A stretch of 63,750 nucleotides of DNA, filler included, from Octopus bimaculoides (taxonomy: Eukaryota), in NCBI RefSeq assembly GCF_001194135.2. It is 7 parts of 7 records of this genome, joined end to end, with 100 filler letters (N's around TTAATTAATTAA, not from the genome) between each part and the next. Parts side by side here need not be neighbours in the genome. Positions count along the whole stretch, not along the records: positions 31,017 to 52,689 come from NC_068987.1; 6 more parts are not named here. One strand, given 5' to 3'. Shown here piece after piece: positions 37,188 through 50,767 of this stretch. How positions within the stretch are numbered: position 1 is the stretch's first letter; each line of letters starts with the position of its first letter. The notes under the pieces were generated by a model that was given only the letters and a program-made list of their open reading frames with translations, made no database searches and had not been told where the DNA came from. Position numbers and translations under genes: made by a program.

Positions 37188-40058
37188 TTAACCAGTCTCA
37201 GCTATTAACATCTTAACTTTTATGAATCACAAGCAACCTTCCTTCCTCATAACATAATAACAGCAACTAAGACTAGCCAGATTACAGTTGTTCTTGTTGT
37301 TGCTGTTTTTGTTTAACCCTGGGTCAGCCCTGATCAAACAGGACTATGAGTAAAAAGAACTATTCTAGCCATAGTTATCCTCAGGCATGGTATATCTATG
37401 ACTATGCATTATCAAATATATTCTTTCTTGTTATTTTTTTTTTAATGTGGAAATTTGGTTTGTATTTCTAGCAAACAAACCAAATAAATAGAAGTCGCTT
37501 TATGTTCTTGTTTTCTACATTGTAAATCAAGAGAGTAAAAACTAGAATTTTTTGTTTTATTTATACCAGAGTATGAAGAAGTTACAGGTGTGCAGTATTG
37601 ATTCTCTCATACCATACTAAACACAGTGTTGTTATTATTATTATTATTATTATTGTTGTTGTTGTTGTTGTTGTTATCACCGTCATCATTGTCATCCTCA
37701 TCATCGTCATCATCAAAAATGGGGTGAATAAAGCAAGAATGGTCTGAGTGAACTGGCCTACTCTAAGCATGTTCCTGTAAAGTGAAAGAAAATTATGTGA
37801 AGAGGGAACTTCCCCTAGTGGTCAGAGTGCCCATGGTTTTGAGGGGTTTTCACGAGCAGCCCTAGGAAGTTATGCTCTTTTGGGGAATTATTCATCATTA
37901 GAATTTTTATTTTATTACTGTTTTTCTACTTTTTACATGCTTCTTTATTTAACCCAACATTATAATGTCCAGTACTGTCCCTGACGTTTTTTGTCAGCCC
38001 TTAAAGGAAATAATGAAATCATTATTATCAATACAAAAATATGAATAACAACAAAACCAGAAAAGGATTTAGGAATCAAATTTCTAGTTTGTTTTTGTTT
38101 TGTTTTCTTTTCTCTCTTTTAGTACTGTTTACTATTCTTTTCTCCAAGTTAACAAACATTCAGGATGGTTTACATTAAAATAATTATCTTTACAATAAGA
38201 CACTCATTTAGCTGAAAAAATCAGAGCAGGTTATATTGTTGATGTTGCTGTTGTTATTGATGTTATTAGTACATAAGTCTGTTAATATGTCAATCCACCA
38301 TTCAAACAATGATGAACAGTGTTTTATACTTTGTCCAATAACACACACAGTGACTGTAATAAGGTTTGAACTCCTGTCTAAGTGTCACATCAAGCTGCTA
38401 CAAAGCTATCTGTGTACTTTAACAAATAAATTTTCAGGACTGTCTATGCAGGACTTAAGTACTGGCTGATTAAGACAGTTTAGCATTACCTTTTAGCTAA
38501 TGTTTTAATCTACAGATTTAAATATTTTTAAAATGTCATCAGGTCTAAATCCTCCCATTATACATAGGATATTAAAGTTAAATTTGGCAGTTAATCACTT
38601 GAAGTTGTGTTGTGTTCCTCAATTTTTTATGAGAAATCCATTTCCAATTTGCTTTCTTATAATAAATTTATATGGAAACTTAAGATGCTGAAGATTATTG
38701 GATAAGTTATAACAGAGAAGAGTACGAGAAGCACACTTAGCTAGCTAAGAATTATTAAGCAGTCTACATCAAGTTCTTCTAATTCTATAGCATAATGAGT
38801 TGATGTCCTAAATATTCATCTCAACAAAATTTATCTATTTTTTATGTTTGTTTTTGTCTTTTCTTTTGTTTTGTTTTTTGTGTGGTGGGGTTAACATTAG
38901 TACAATAGAAAACATCTACTAAATAAAAAAACAAAATGTTATTAAATTTTTTCTGAACAAGGTTACTTAAAGTTGTGTAGGAAAACTTTGCAAACTACAT
39001 CATTACCATCTGTAACCTCCCTCTATTCCCACTTCATGAAGATTTTTTTGTCTCCCAGTAACAATACTTGTATTCTGTTTTGAATTCAAATAAATGTTGA
39101 GATGCCAAAAAGCAGTGTGAAATGCAATAAAATTGATCTTATGTAAGTAGTTACTTTCTGATATTGGTCAAACTTGTGAAAAGTGAGATAGACTCAATCT
39201 CTATCCAGGAGTTGTTTTAGACAACATCTGAATTAATCATTAAAAGAAGGGAAACGCCCAGTCTTCAGGATTTGAATTGTAATGGTTTTAAGATGGATGT
39301 CAAAGCTTAAAAAAGAAGATAATTATGGTTTCCTCTTTTAGATTATGATTTGTGAGATGTAGCATAAACCAACAGCATGGTATAAATTCATTTAAGATAC
39401 TGTAGTAAGATCAAAAGCTGAAAAGCCAATACGGTGGGGGATGGGTTCTTTTGTTTTGTTTTTTTTACAAGCTACATGTTACAAGACTTAATTTTTTTAA
39501 TCTTTTCCCTCCAGTATAGGAAAAAATAATTTCAGAAATACTAGAAACATATTACCATTCGTTTAAGACAGGAAATAATGTAAACATAACAAAAATGTAT
39601 GACTTATCAAATGTTACTAAAAAGATTATCAAATGATGATAAAAACCGTATTAAAAAGGATTCTTCCTTGCTTAATTTAATTTGCATCATCATCATCACC
39701 ACCACCATTATCATCATCATCATCGTGGTGGTGGTGGTGGTGGTGGTGGTGCTAGTGCTGGTGATGCTGGTGCTGGTTAATTTCTGGAAAATTCTATATT
39801 TGTAGACAGTCACACAAAACCCATGCAATTATCTCTCTTTGACTCTCTTACTGTTTCACTAGTTTCAGTCTTGTTGGGGCAATGCCTTGGTGGATTTTAG
39901 ACAATTACATCCTCCCTGGTTCTTATCTTTAATCCTGCTATTTATTTTAATATTTCTATTTATCATATCATTAAGATACAAAATGTAAATACTGACATTG
40001 TGTTTTTATATATATAAATGTGTGTATACACACACATATATGTATGTGTGTATGTGTG

Positions 40059-40110
<52 letters not shown>

Positions 40111-41889
40111 CATACATGTGTGTGTATGTCTGTGTGTGCGTGTGTGTGTGTGTGTGTGTGTGCACAAATATCTAAAACAATAGATTTATAATAAAACAGA
40201 TATTACTTGAAAAAATATGGAAACAGACACACGCAATACATATACGTATATATGTGCCAGGCTTCCACACAATTTCCATCTCTAATTTCACATTGACCAG
40301 CATGAAGCTTTAATAGGAAACACTTGTTTATGATACCATATAATGTGACCAAACCAGAGCTGACAAAGTTCCAATCCAATAGTCATGCCAGCAAATTCTT
40401 GTTAGATCTTAAAAAATAATTAGATGTTAATTATAAAACACTCAATTTTTTCATTTTGATTTTATATTTATTGAGTCTAAAATTATTTTCTTGTGTTTCG
40501 GGGATATTGTTCAGCAACCAAGTGGCTAATAAAATTAGTGCTAATAATACACTGGACTTAACTCAATTCTATCCCAGAGAAAAACCAGCCTCATGTCTAA
40601 TCAAAAGAAATCAATATGCTATTCTTGAGAGTTTCCAAGATAGTTTTTGATCATAGAAGAAATATAGTCTACAGAATGGCCCATTGATTCTGTGAGTAAA
40701 TAAATTAATGCCAAAGATTCTATTGACTTCCAGTTTTTGAATCAGGTACAAAAATAGCAAGATTTATAGAATTACTTAGTTGTATATGACCAGAAAAGCT
40801 ACTACAATCAGCACAATTACCACTTAAACTTTTGCCACTACCACTACTTTCACTATCACTGTCACCATCACTATCATCATTGATACATCTACCATAGTTG
40901 TTTCTACTTATATTATATCCAAAGCTATAACAACTTGCATTTTTTTCTTTCCTTTGATCTGTATATCTTTTTGTTCACCACCAATCTTCTTCCCCCTTTT
41001 ATCTCAGTTCTGTTTAAATCCTTCCCTCCACTTGTGTTTTATCTTTCTTTGTAATCAGTCTTCCTTACTTTCTTGTTTTTTCCTCTATTCCATAATTTTA
41101 GAATAATTATCTCTATTTAGTATGACAGCACTTGATCCCCCAGCCCCACACCCAGTTGCTGCATGTGTAATTCATGTTTTAATTGACTGAGATTTTTAGA
41201 AATGTTGCTTCCTGTTTGCCTTCATCAGATTTAAGTTAGTGTCTCCCTCTTCAAGAAAGATTGGTATTTTTCTTAGACAAAAGAAATTATTATAGAAAAC
41301 ATTATTAGGACAATAATTTGTTAAAAATATCAAAAGTACAAGACAAAATGACACACATTATTTAAGCTCGTCCATCTTCTGCATTCTATATTTAGCAAAA
41401 GGTCAACAATGGCATTTCACCTCATTGGTAAAAGTGGAGTAGGATCTTCATTTCAAAGAGGATTTTGAGTTTTTGAAATTTTTGAGTGATATCTGGCTGC
41501 TATTTATAGTATGTTGCATAGTCTTAGAGAGTTTTCTATATCAGCATCAGTCTAATTTAGTTGCAAAAGTTCAAATCCTAGTTTAGTGATAACTAGATTC
41601 CATTTACTGGTTGTGGTTTCCTAAAATGATATAATGATAGGGCTGTAGTGTGGCTAGTTTTCTCAGGGGACTAGAGCAGAGTCCTAGAGAGTTAAAGTCC
41701 TCCCAAAAGAAGGATTGAGTTTATATAGATTTATATAGACTGGTTTTTATAGAGTTTCTTTTTTTTTTTTTTTTTGGTTGTTCAGAACAAGAACTTGTAC
41801 AAGTACAGTAGAAAAGACAAAAACGATACACTATTGAGTTGATGAGTGAGGGTTTGCTAATCAAATTCCCCCTTTTAGATATAATTTAA

Positions 41890-42111
41890 CCCTTTAGCAT
41901 TCATGTTATTCTGTCAAATGGAATGCTTATTTATTCACATTGTTTTAAATTAATCATGCATAATTTCATAGCTTTGAGATTTCAATGATGTAATTGTATA
42001 TTTTTGGAATGACATTGTATGGCAGATTTAAAAGGTCAGGTTCTGACAGTTTGAACACAAAAGAGGTAGAATATTTAGGCCAGATATGGCTGGTTTTTTA
42101 ATGCTAAAGCA
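41890..42111. mobile_element. piggyBac-type TTAA MITE
   Basis: ttaa|ccctttagcatt ... aatgctaaagca|ttaa; CCC-initiated TIR and TTAA target duplication. Confidence 0.8.
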
Positions 42112-43295
42112 TTAAGATGGTAATGTGAGCAGCACTTGCTCCACTCCAACTACTCTGATAGTACACATCAACAGTAATAGAATTGAAAGAAAATAACTCA
42201 AGGAAGTGATCTGCATGCTAAAAACACATATGGTAGGGTCTCACACATGCAATGCAATGAGTTGAAAAGCTTCCTTTAACTGATATTACCCATGTAATCT
42301 GTAGACAAAAACTTCCTAAAACAATAAGCAAGAGGGATAACCTCCAAAATATTTTCTAAAAATTTGAGAAAATAAGACAGTGTAGATCAGAGTGGATCTT
42401 GTCTTTAACTTCAGCTGGTCAAAACCACAAACATGTTTCAAACTTATTTGACCTCATCAGCAAAGTAAATTCTACTCAGTTGCCAAGACATAAAAGTGAT
42501 GAACATGTATAGAAATCAAATTAGTGCAGTGATACGCATCGATTTCACTACACTCATGGCTGATTTTCTGAAGCACTCCTCACTTCTTGTTTTCTACCTG
42601 AGAAGCATAATATTAAATTGGGTTTATACTTTTATAAAGAATGTTGAATTTATACTTTCTAAAAAGTATGTAATATATTGATCTATTTTCAATCATTTTT
42701 CTTTTTTCCTACTTTTTATGCTATTCAAAAAATAGCAAGTCAGGCAATACATTAGACATTTTTTCCTAAAATTTAAAGATTGAATATTAATTTTAAGCAA
42801 TTTTTATATATTAAAATCACCAGCCTATAAAACATGTAAAATTACAATTTCAAGTACACTGATATAACTTGATAACTTTCATTGGAATATGATAAATATT
42901 TTGGTATAAAATCTATTTTACTTAATTTTTTTGTTTTCTTTCTTTAAAATAATATTTCAAAAACAAATGAAGTAAAATAAAAGAAGTTGGAATTGTGGGA
43001 TATAAATGGAAGATTTGTAATATTGTCGGATAAAAGCAATGCTTTTATGTTAAGAAGTTGAATTAAACAAAGTCATGCATAGCAGGATTAAAATTAAATT
43101 AGTTAAACAAGACTTTCCAGGATGTGAAAACTCTTCCATTTTCTTTTTATGATCTAACAGATAGAGGAGAGCACTGATCTGTTTTAGAAAGTAATGCATG
43201 CATGCATATGCACACAAGCACACAGACACATAGACACACACACGTTCACATACATATATAGACTGCATACATACATGGATACATACTCGCACATA

Positions 43296-43339
<44 letters not shown>

Positions 43340-43420
43340 TATTATATTTTATACACACGCACACACACATATGAATTAAGAAATGGAGTTAAATGCAGGT
43401 GGTATTCAAATCTTTATACT

Positions 43421-43611
43421 TCCGACGTATGTTTCGAAGAAAACATTGATATTATTCCAAAGGGAATAAAATGATGTAAAACAATGTCATCATCTCATCA
43501 CGGACAAAAAGAGCAACAAAACACATCAATAAGCCATTTTAACTGAATCACATTCAGTTATAATGGCTTATTGATGTGTTTTGTTTCTCTTTTTTTTCCC
43601 TGACGAGATGA
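43421..43611. repeat. ~60-bp-stem palindrome (43490-43611, 3-nt loop) overlapping a degenerate minus-strand HHR (43504-43421)
   Basis: aacaaaacacatcaataagccatt-t-taactgaat cac attcagtta-t-aatggcttattgatgtgttttgtt; minus strand tcc-GTGATGA-stem II-GAAAC-atac-GTC-gga; opposite arm has intact CTGACGA (43600-06). Confidence 0.8.
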
Positions 43612-43746
43612 TTCCTTTGTTTTGTGCTAATCCCAGGATACCAACTCTGATGTCAAAATCATGTGATTTGTGGAAAAGTACATAGTGATGTATTAAACAT
43701 TTATAAATTCCATCCTCATATTATTGTTATTATTATATATTGCCAG

Positions 43747-43785
<39 letters not shown>

Positions 43786-43990
43786 NNNNNNNNNNTATAT
43801 ATATATATATATATATATATAAATTTAATTAGAGGATATGTTAACTTTGTAAAGGAATGGTTACATCCAAGGAAATACTGGTTCAATACCTAGTATTATT
43901 GGGGATTGAAATTCCGTAACAACAATAGGTATACGTTAAGCATATAGTTTATATCCAGTTAAATGAAGAAAAGAAAATGGAGAATAGCAA

Positions 43991-44362
43991 GTTAATAATT
44001 ATTCATTATTAACAAATTGGTCATTTTTACTCCTTACAGCTGTTTCAATTAGTACTCAATAATTTCATTAGAAATTTGTACATTAAATTTGCATTTATGT
44101 GACATGAGTATAAATTTCATTAGAGAAAAAGATATATCTTGAGATGTTACATGCCAACCTTACAGTTCACTTCAGCAGACTCAATGAAATGAAACTGATA
44201 GGTTGGCATGTAACATCTCATGATATATCGTTTTCTTTGATGAAATTATGCTCATGTTACATAAATGCAAATTTAACGCCCAAATTTGTAATGAAATTAT
44301 TGAGTATTAATTGAAATGGCTGTTAGAAGTAAAGATAATCAATTTGTTAATAAATAATTAAC
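43991..44362. repeat. ~165-bp-arm inverted repeat, each arm with a degenerate HHR core
   Basis: 43991-44160 vs 44200-44362; minus strand 44071-44035 CTAATGA-aatta-ttgagtac-taatt-GAAAC-agct-GTA; plus strand 44288-44324 GTAATGA-aatta-..-taatt-GAAAT-ggct-GTT. Confidence 0.85.
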
Positions 44363-44648
44363 TTTCTACTCTCCAGTTTCTTTTCTTCATTCAACTATAT
44401 AAATAAATATATGTANNNNNNNNNNNNNNNNNNNNNNNNNNNNNNNNNNNNNNNNNNNNNNNNNNNNNNNNNNNNNNNNNNNNNNNNNNNNNNNNNNNNN
44501 NNNNNNNNNNNNNNNNNNNNNNATATGTTCGTTTATATATATGTATGATGAATGATGTAGCACTTATTTAACTAACACAGATTATGAAACAGCTATCAGC
44601 TAATGGAATAAATATTTCGTCTCTCACTTCACTTCTCTTATCTAGTTA

Positions 44649-44679
<31 letters not shown>

Positions 44680-44684
<5 letters not shown>

Positions 44685-45070
44685 TAAGAAGCTTGCTTTC
44701 CAACCACATGGTTCCAGGTTCAGTCCCACTGCATGGCACCTTGAGCAAGTGTCGTCTACTATAGCCTCAGGGTGATCAAAACCCTGTGAGAGGATTTGGT
44801 AGACAGAAACTGAAAGAAGCCCATTGCATGTATATGTGTATATTTACGTGTGTGCCTTTATATCTGTGTTTGTCCCCAGCCCCATTGCTTGACAACCAAT
44901 GTTAGTGTGTTTACATCCCTGCAATTTAGCAGTTCAGCAGAAAAATCTGATAGAATAAGTACTAGGCTTACAAAGAATAACTTCTAGGTTTAATTTTTTC
45001 AACTAAAAAAAAGGCGATCCAGCATGACCCAAGTCAAATGACTGAAGCAAGTAATAGAATAAAAAAATAA
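44680..45070 (+). mobile_element. SINE family A, full length
   Basis: gtgtggtaagaagcttgctttccaaccacatgg..gtcaaatgactgaagcaagtaatagaataaaa. Confidence 0.85.
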
Positions 45071-45083
45071 AAGAATATATATA

Positions 45084-47530
45084 TAAGACTGTAATATTAC
45101 GTGAAGGAAAATATTGGACCAGGAAAGATACACCAGACTTCGATGTACCCATGGGTGCATAAGACTCTGCAGAAGTAACCGACTTAGTCAGAATATACCT
45201 ACTGCACAAATTTAAAGAAGAATTCCCTGAATTAGAAGGTGGATTATATCAGGACGACACTCTATTCTTAATTAGGAACACATCTAATAGAAAACTAGAA
45301 CTCGACAAAAGAAGACTACATACTTTTTTTAAAAACCAAGGACTATCTATTACCATTGAACATGATAACAACTCTGTTAACTTCCTAGATGCCAACTTCA
45401 ACCTTAATACTTCTACCCACCAAACTTACCATAAGCCTAACACCAATATTACATACATAGATGTGCACAGCAATCACCCCTATAACATTATAGAAAACTT
45501 GACCACTCACATAGAGACGAGAATAAATCTACTATCATCTAATGAAGAAATATTTAATAAACATAAGGACTATTATAACCTGGCATTTAAGAAGGCAGGA
45601 TATAAATATGAAATTAAGTATAATAAGAACAACAACACTAGTACTAATCAAATCAAACATAATCATGAAACAAACAACATAGTTAATATTAGTGAATCCA
45701 AATCATCTGACGAATTAGTACACCCTTATAAACGTATAACGGAAACTCTCAATAAGAGTCGTAAACATAACATCAACAAAAAACACAACATTCATCACTA
45801 CAATAACCATACTAAAAAACACAACCAATGCGAGCACCACAACCGAAATTTTACTAAGGAAAAGAATAAAATAAATTTTAGTAATTACCACCTTCCTAAC
45901 TACACTAATATAAATAAACCTAGGAATACTGACAACAAACTGTATAATTAAAGTTAAAAATAGAAACATTAAGCCAATAAACAGAACAAATAAGAATAAT
46001 CTAAAGATGCCAAATTACTTCAATAACATGCATCAAATTGAATAAGGATGGGAATAAAATAGCAAAAAAGAGACCAATACTTTGTATTAGAAAAGCTGAC
46101 CCTCTTAACACAACCCAACCTTTTCATATAGCAAACAATAATAATCCCTTTTGCCAGACATTTAAAATTTAACTTTATTAGATTCATTAGAATGATAATT
46201 AATAAAAATTCACACATACATACACACAAGCACGCACGCACATACACAGGAACAAGTACACACGTATGACTACACATACACTCACTCTTCTCCTTATTAG
46301 ATTATCTTTCTTCTGTATTATGCGTAATTTTTTGTACACCTATGTGTACCCTCCAACTCAGTTTTTTCTTATATTTATACTGGCATGGCACCCCTACAAC
46401 TCAAATACCATAACGACCATACTGCCATTCTATACCCTTCTCACATAATACGAAGCTGGATTAATAACCTCTGAAATAATCTTTTTCTATATATACTAAA
46501 ATACACCTTCTGTATAACCCTCACATCCCTATCCAAATTTTTATTTTTTTACTCATCTCTTTCTCCACTTATTTATCTCCCCTACATTTACTTTGGTCTT
46601 TCTAACTTCATATTATTATTTTAAAATTCACATTTTTATCTTTATAAACGCAGCGAGTACATACTACTTTAATTGTAATATTAATAATTGCTTCTCTGTT
46701 TTTACTTATTTTGTCCTTTACTATTAATACGTGTTATCTAATATGATTTTTTATGTAAACATGAGTCCTTTATATACATCATCTCTTTTTAATTCATTCT
46801 CATTCCTCTATTTTTTGCCATTTGTTTATGTTAACTACCTAGCTTCTCATATACCACTTCTTCACACTTCTTCTGTATAGATTTTTTACTTTTTTAAATA
46901 TATCATACAACATACTGATTTCAATGGTTAGTTTTTATTTTAATTTAAATTTGGTATTGTCTTCCCATTGGACATTTCTACTACTTACTTGCCCTACGCT
47001 ACTTATATGGAGCTATAATTCTAATTTCCATGCTCATCTATAGAGGGAACATCTCCAATACCTCATTGCTTATATCCTCAAATAACCATTGAAGCCGTTA
47101 GTTATGGTTCAATATCCAACATGACTCCTATCTCTTGTTCACACAGATACCAATATGACTCTCTTAGATCCAATTTTTTTCTGCTCTATTCCGTTTTAAG
47201 TTCCTTGTATTATAGTTTCTTTCCTTCATGCACTGAAGAGTACGTTGATATATATTTAATTTAATTCAATCATGAATTTATATTATTATATCTCTGTACA
47301 AAACGATTGTCTTCAAGAATTAAACTTCTTATATATTTTAACAACTTGTTTCCTCCATTTTTAACAAAACTGATGGGATTTATGGAACGAAGTTCCATAA
47401 ATTCGTCATACATTGTATACAAGCACTACTTTCATATCTTCACAAATTTATGCCTGTAAACTCCCAGCAAAGTATGAACAATCAGCATTAGAAATCTTTT
47501 TTGGAAACCTCCAATTAAAGGAGGAATCCA
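45084..47530 (+). mobile_element. 5'-truncated Penelope-like retroelement (RT domains 4-7/thumb, degenerate downstream part, HHR-like 3' end)
   Basis: WTRKDTPDFDVPMGA*DSAEVTDLVRIYLL..GGLYQDD..GLSITIE..VNFLDANFNL..YHKPN..YIDVHSNHP..RINLLSSNEEIF..AFKKAGY; HHR-like motif at 47225-47319. Confidence 0.88.
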
Positions 47531-47550
47531 CATTCAACCTTTATTCACCT

Positions 47551-47589
<39 letters not shown>

Positions 47590-47590
<1 letters not shown>

Positions 47591-47961
47591 CTGTGTGGTA
47601 AGAAGCTTGCTTCCCTACCACATGGTCCCATGTTCAACCCCACTGCATTACACTCTGGACAAGTGTCTTCTACTATAGCCTTAAGCCAACCAAAGCCTCG
47701 TGAATGGATGTGGTAGATGGAAACTGTATATATCTAAGTGTGTGTGTTTTTGTGTCTGTGCTTCCCCAACCCATCAACACTTGACAACCGGAGTTGGTAT
47801 GCTTACATCTCCATAACTTAGTGGCTCAACAAAAGTGACTGATAAAATAAGGACTAGGCTTAAAAAATAAGTCCTAGTATCGATTTGTTCGACTAAAATC
47901 CTTCAAGATAGTACTCCAGCATGGCCACAGTCAAATGACTGAAATAAGTAAAAGAATAAAA

Positions 47962-47965
<4 letters not shown>
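47590..47965 (+). mobile_element. SINE family A, full length
   Basis: gactgtgtggtaagaagcttgcttccctaccacatgg..cagtcaaatgactgaaataagtaaaagaata. Confidence 0.85.
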
Positions 47966-48045
<80 letters not shown>

Positions 48046-48664
48046 TAACAGCTTCACACAACACTATACTGAAGAACATGCAACTGATCTAATCTGAGAA
48101 TGTACTTATGTACAAGCTAACTTGTTCCATTATCTAAATAGACCTTATCAATTATCTCTGTTACATTTGCTGAATGTGTACCAATATCTTCAGGGTTATT
48201 TATATTCTTCTCTGAATTGAGTTTCACTAACAATTATAGCTGCACTGACATGAGTGGTTTTCTTGGCATCATTGTATTTTAAGCAAGAATTTTTAACATA
48301 TGTTTAGTCACTTGGAATAAATGCATCTAACATTGTATACAATGAAATACCTTTTTGCAATGTGATTTCTACAAATATTTTACTTGTTATCTCCTATCTT
48401 TTACTTGCTTCAGTCATTGGACCACAGCCATGCTTGGGCACTGCTTTGAAGGATTTTGTGAAACAAATTGACCCCAGCTCTTATGTATATCATGTATATT
48501 TTTTCCCCCTAAACTTTGTACTTATTCTATCAGCCTCTTTTGCAAAATTAAGTTACAGGGACATAAACAAACCAGCACCAGTTGTCAAGTAGTGCAGGGG
48601 GGCAAATACATAGAGACACACACATATATATATATTTACATACACACATACATATATACATATA

Positions 48665-48720
48665 TACTAGCTGAATAGCCCGTCATTGCCAGGCAATTTT
48701 TACAATAGAATACCTTATAT
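48665..48720 (+). mobile_element. Possible Helitron/Helentron-like non-autonomous element terminus
   Basis: t|actagctgaatagcccgtcattgccaggc after a (TA)n tract; matches the ACTAG..GCCC..GC..GGG start pattern by recall only. Confidence 0.3.
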
Positions 48721-49169
48721 AAGTTTTTGTTTATTCCATGTCATACCATGCCTTCCCCAACAGATAGACCTCTTGATCAGGTCAGATTTGTGCAGTTTTT
48801 CACAAAAAACTTCATTGAGGGTATTTTTCCTTTTTAAATTATTTACATATCTGTTCAACTATTTCACATGATTTTATTCATTAAAACTTATTAAAACTTC
48901 AGAAGTTCTTATAACTTTGGCCATGGTAATGCTTTGCTTTTGTTTGTTTAATAAAAATTCCTCCATAATGATTTTGCTTTCATATTGTGATAGACAATTA
49001 TCATGCAGAAAATGTCAGCTTCCAAATCCTGTTTTCTGATTAGGTAAAATTAATTAAACTTTAAACCTCAGTAACATTTTTCAGCAATTTTTCTGGAACA
49101 ATTAAATAACAAAATCAGATTCAACATAGAAAATTATATCAATATGCCAAATTTGAAAATTTTGACGTA

Positions 49170-50330
49170 ATTTTAATTTTAATTCCTTTTCTTCACTCCA
49201 GATTTTCCTCCAAAAGGAGTCTATGTCTTCTTGTGAAAGAGCTTCTGTGATGTTTACTGCTCCTCCTCTCATGTTTCTGTATACTGCTGCCTGGTTGTGG
49301 TTAAATATTTTGTTTATTGTTCTTCTCTCGGTTATTCTCTTCTGATGCTGGAGTTCTCCTGCTTGAGGGTAATCAATTTGCAAGTGAGTGTCCTCTTTCT
49401 GCAGTTTCTAAACATCATTTCTACCTCCTTCTTTACTTTTTGTTGGTGGGACGTAGAGTAATTTGCTTGTCTGCATGCAGTAAGCATCATTACATGATTG
49501 ATGGTCTTCCGTAAACCAGTTATCTTTTTCTCTGTAATGGAACTTTCTTTGTTATATCGGTTTTACTTTTTGAATATTATTCATGTTCTGTTTTAAAGTA
49601 GTGGCCAGAGCATTAATCTGCCAGTATGTGGGTTCATCACACTGTTGTAAATACTCATCACCAATTTCGTTAACAGCTTTTAATACCGTATCTGGTGACT
49701 TTTTACCTACTTTGGTAGAGAATACTTTCTCCTTGAGAGAGTACTTCAAAGCCAAAGTTATTTTTTCTCGGAAAATTTCAGGAAGGGCACATTTCACCAG
49801 CATATAATCCTGACTACCACTACTGCTACAATAATCATTGCAGTTGTGCCTGTTATTTACCATAGTCATAGTAGGGGGACAGCGGTCAGTTACTTGAACC
49901 AGTAATATAGTTTGGCTGACAGGCACTATGGAATCTGTTGGAATGTCGCTAGCTATGAAACCATGTCGTTGTCTTATATCATTCGCATTTTCGTTTTTGT
50001 TTAAAGAGTTGGGAAGAAGGTTAATTTTTGACTTTTTAATAAAGTTACTGTTACTAACTTTCTTTCTATGTTCTACAAATGTTGCTTCTTGGCATAGTTG
50101 CTTCACAGTACATTGATTTAATTCTGGATGCAGATCATCGCAATATGATTTCAATCAATTCATACAGCTAACAGCGGGGGGGGGGGGGGGTTGTTTTTGT
50201 TTTTTTTTGCTTTTTAGTAGCAGTTAAATGGATCATTATTCAATTCATAATTCCAAGAGAAATGAATTTTGTAGTTACAGCTTCCTCTATAACTACAGCT
50301 AGAAAGAATTTGTTTACCTGTTGAGCAGTT
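49170..50330 (-). mobile_element. Degenerate R4/Dong-clade LINE, N-terminal (pre-RT) region
   Basis: ..YELNNDPFNCY..DDLHPELNQCTVKQL..WQINALATTLKQ..NKIFNHNQAAVYRNMRGG..SQEDIDSFWRKIWSEEK; FWxxIW motif precedes RT0 in R4 elements. Confidence 0.65.
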
Positions 50331-50767
50331 GTTTTCGTTCTGGTCCTCGATTGTGTTGGTGATGTTGTGTCCAGCCATGTTGTTTGTAGTAATTCTCTGT
50401 ATGCTAAATTCAAGTTTCAGTCGAAAATCAGTATGATCGTGAATGTAAGACTCCTCAGGGTGCTGTTCAGTGGGAATGAACCAGAAGTTATTTGGTTTCA
50501 AAGCAAATTTCCCAATCACACAGTTGATTCGTTTTTTCCTTGTAGGTCAGAAGTACATACAGCTTATCAATCAATCTGACATTATAAGCCATAAGCAATT
50601 ATACTGTCTATTAAACTACATTCTTTTTTAAACATTTAATATTTTCTATAAACTCAATCCAATAAAGTAGACAAAAATCCAATCAGAGAAAAAAAAAAAT
50701 ATCATTTAAGCTAGTCAGCAACTGATATTTTGTTCCAGCAATCTGTCTGACATTTGTTAATAAAGTT

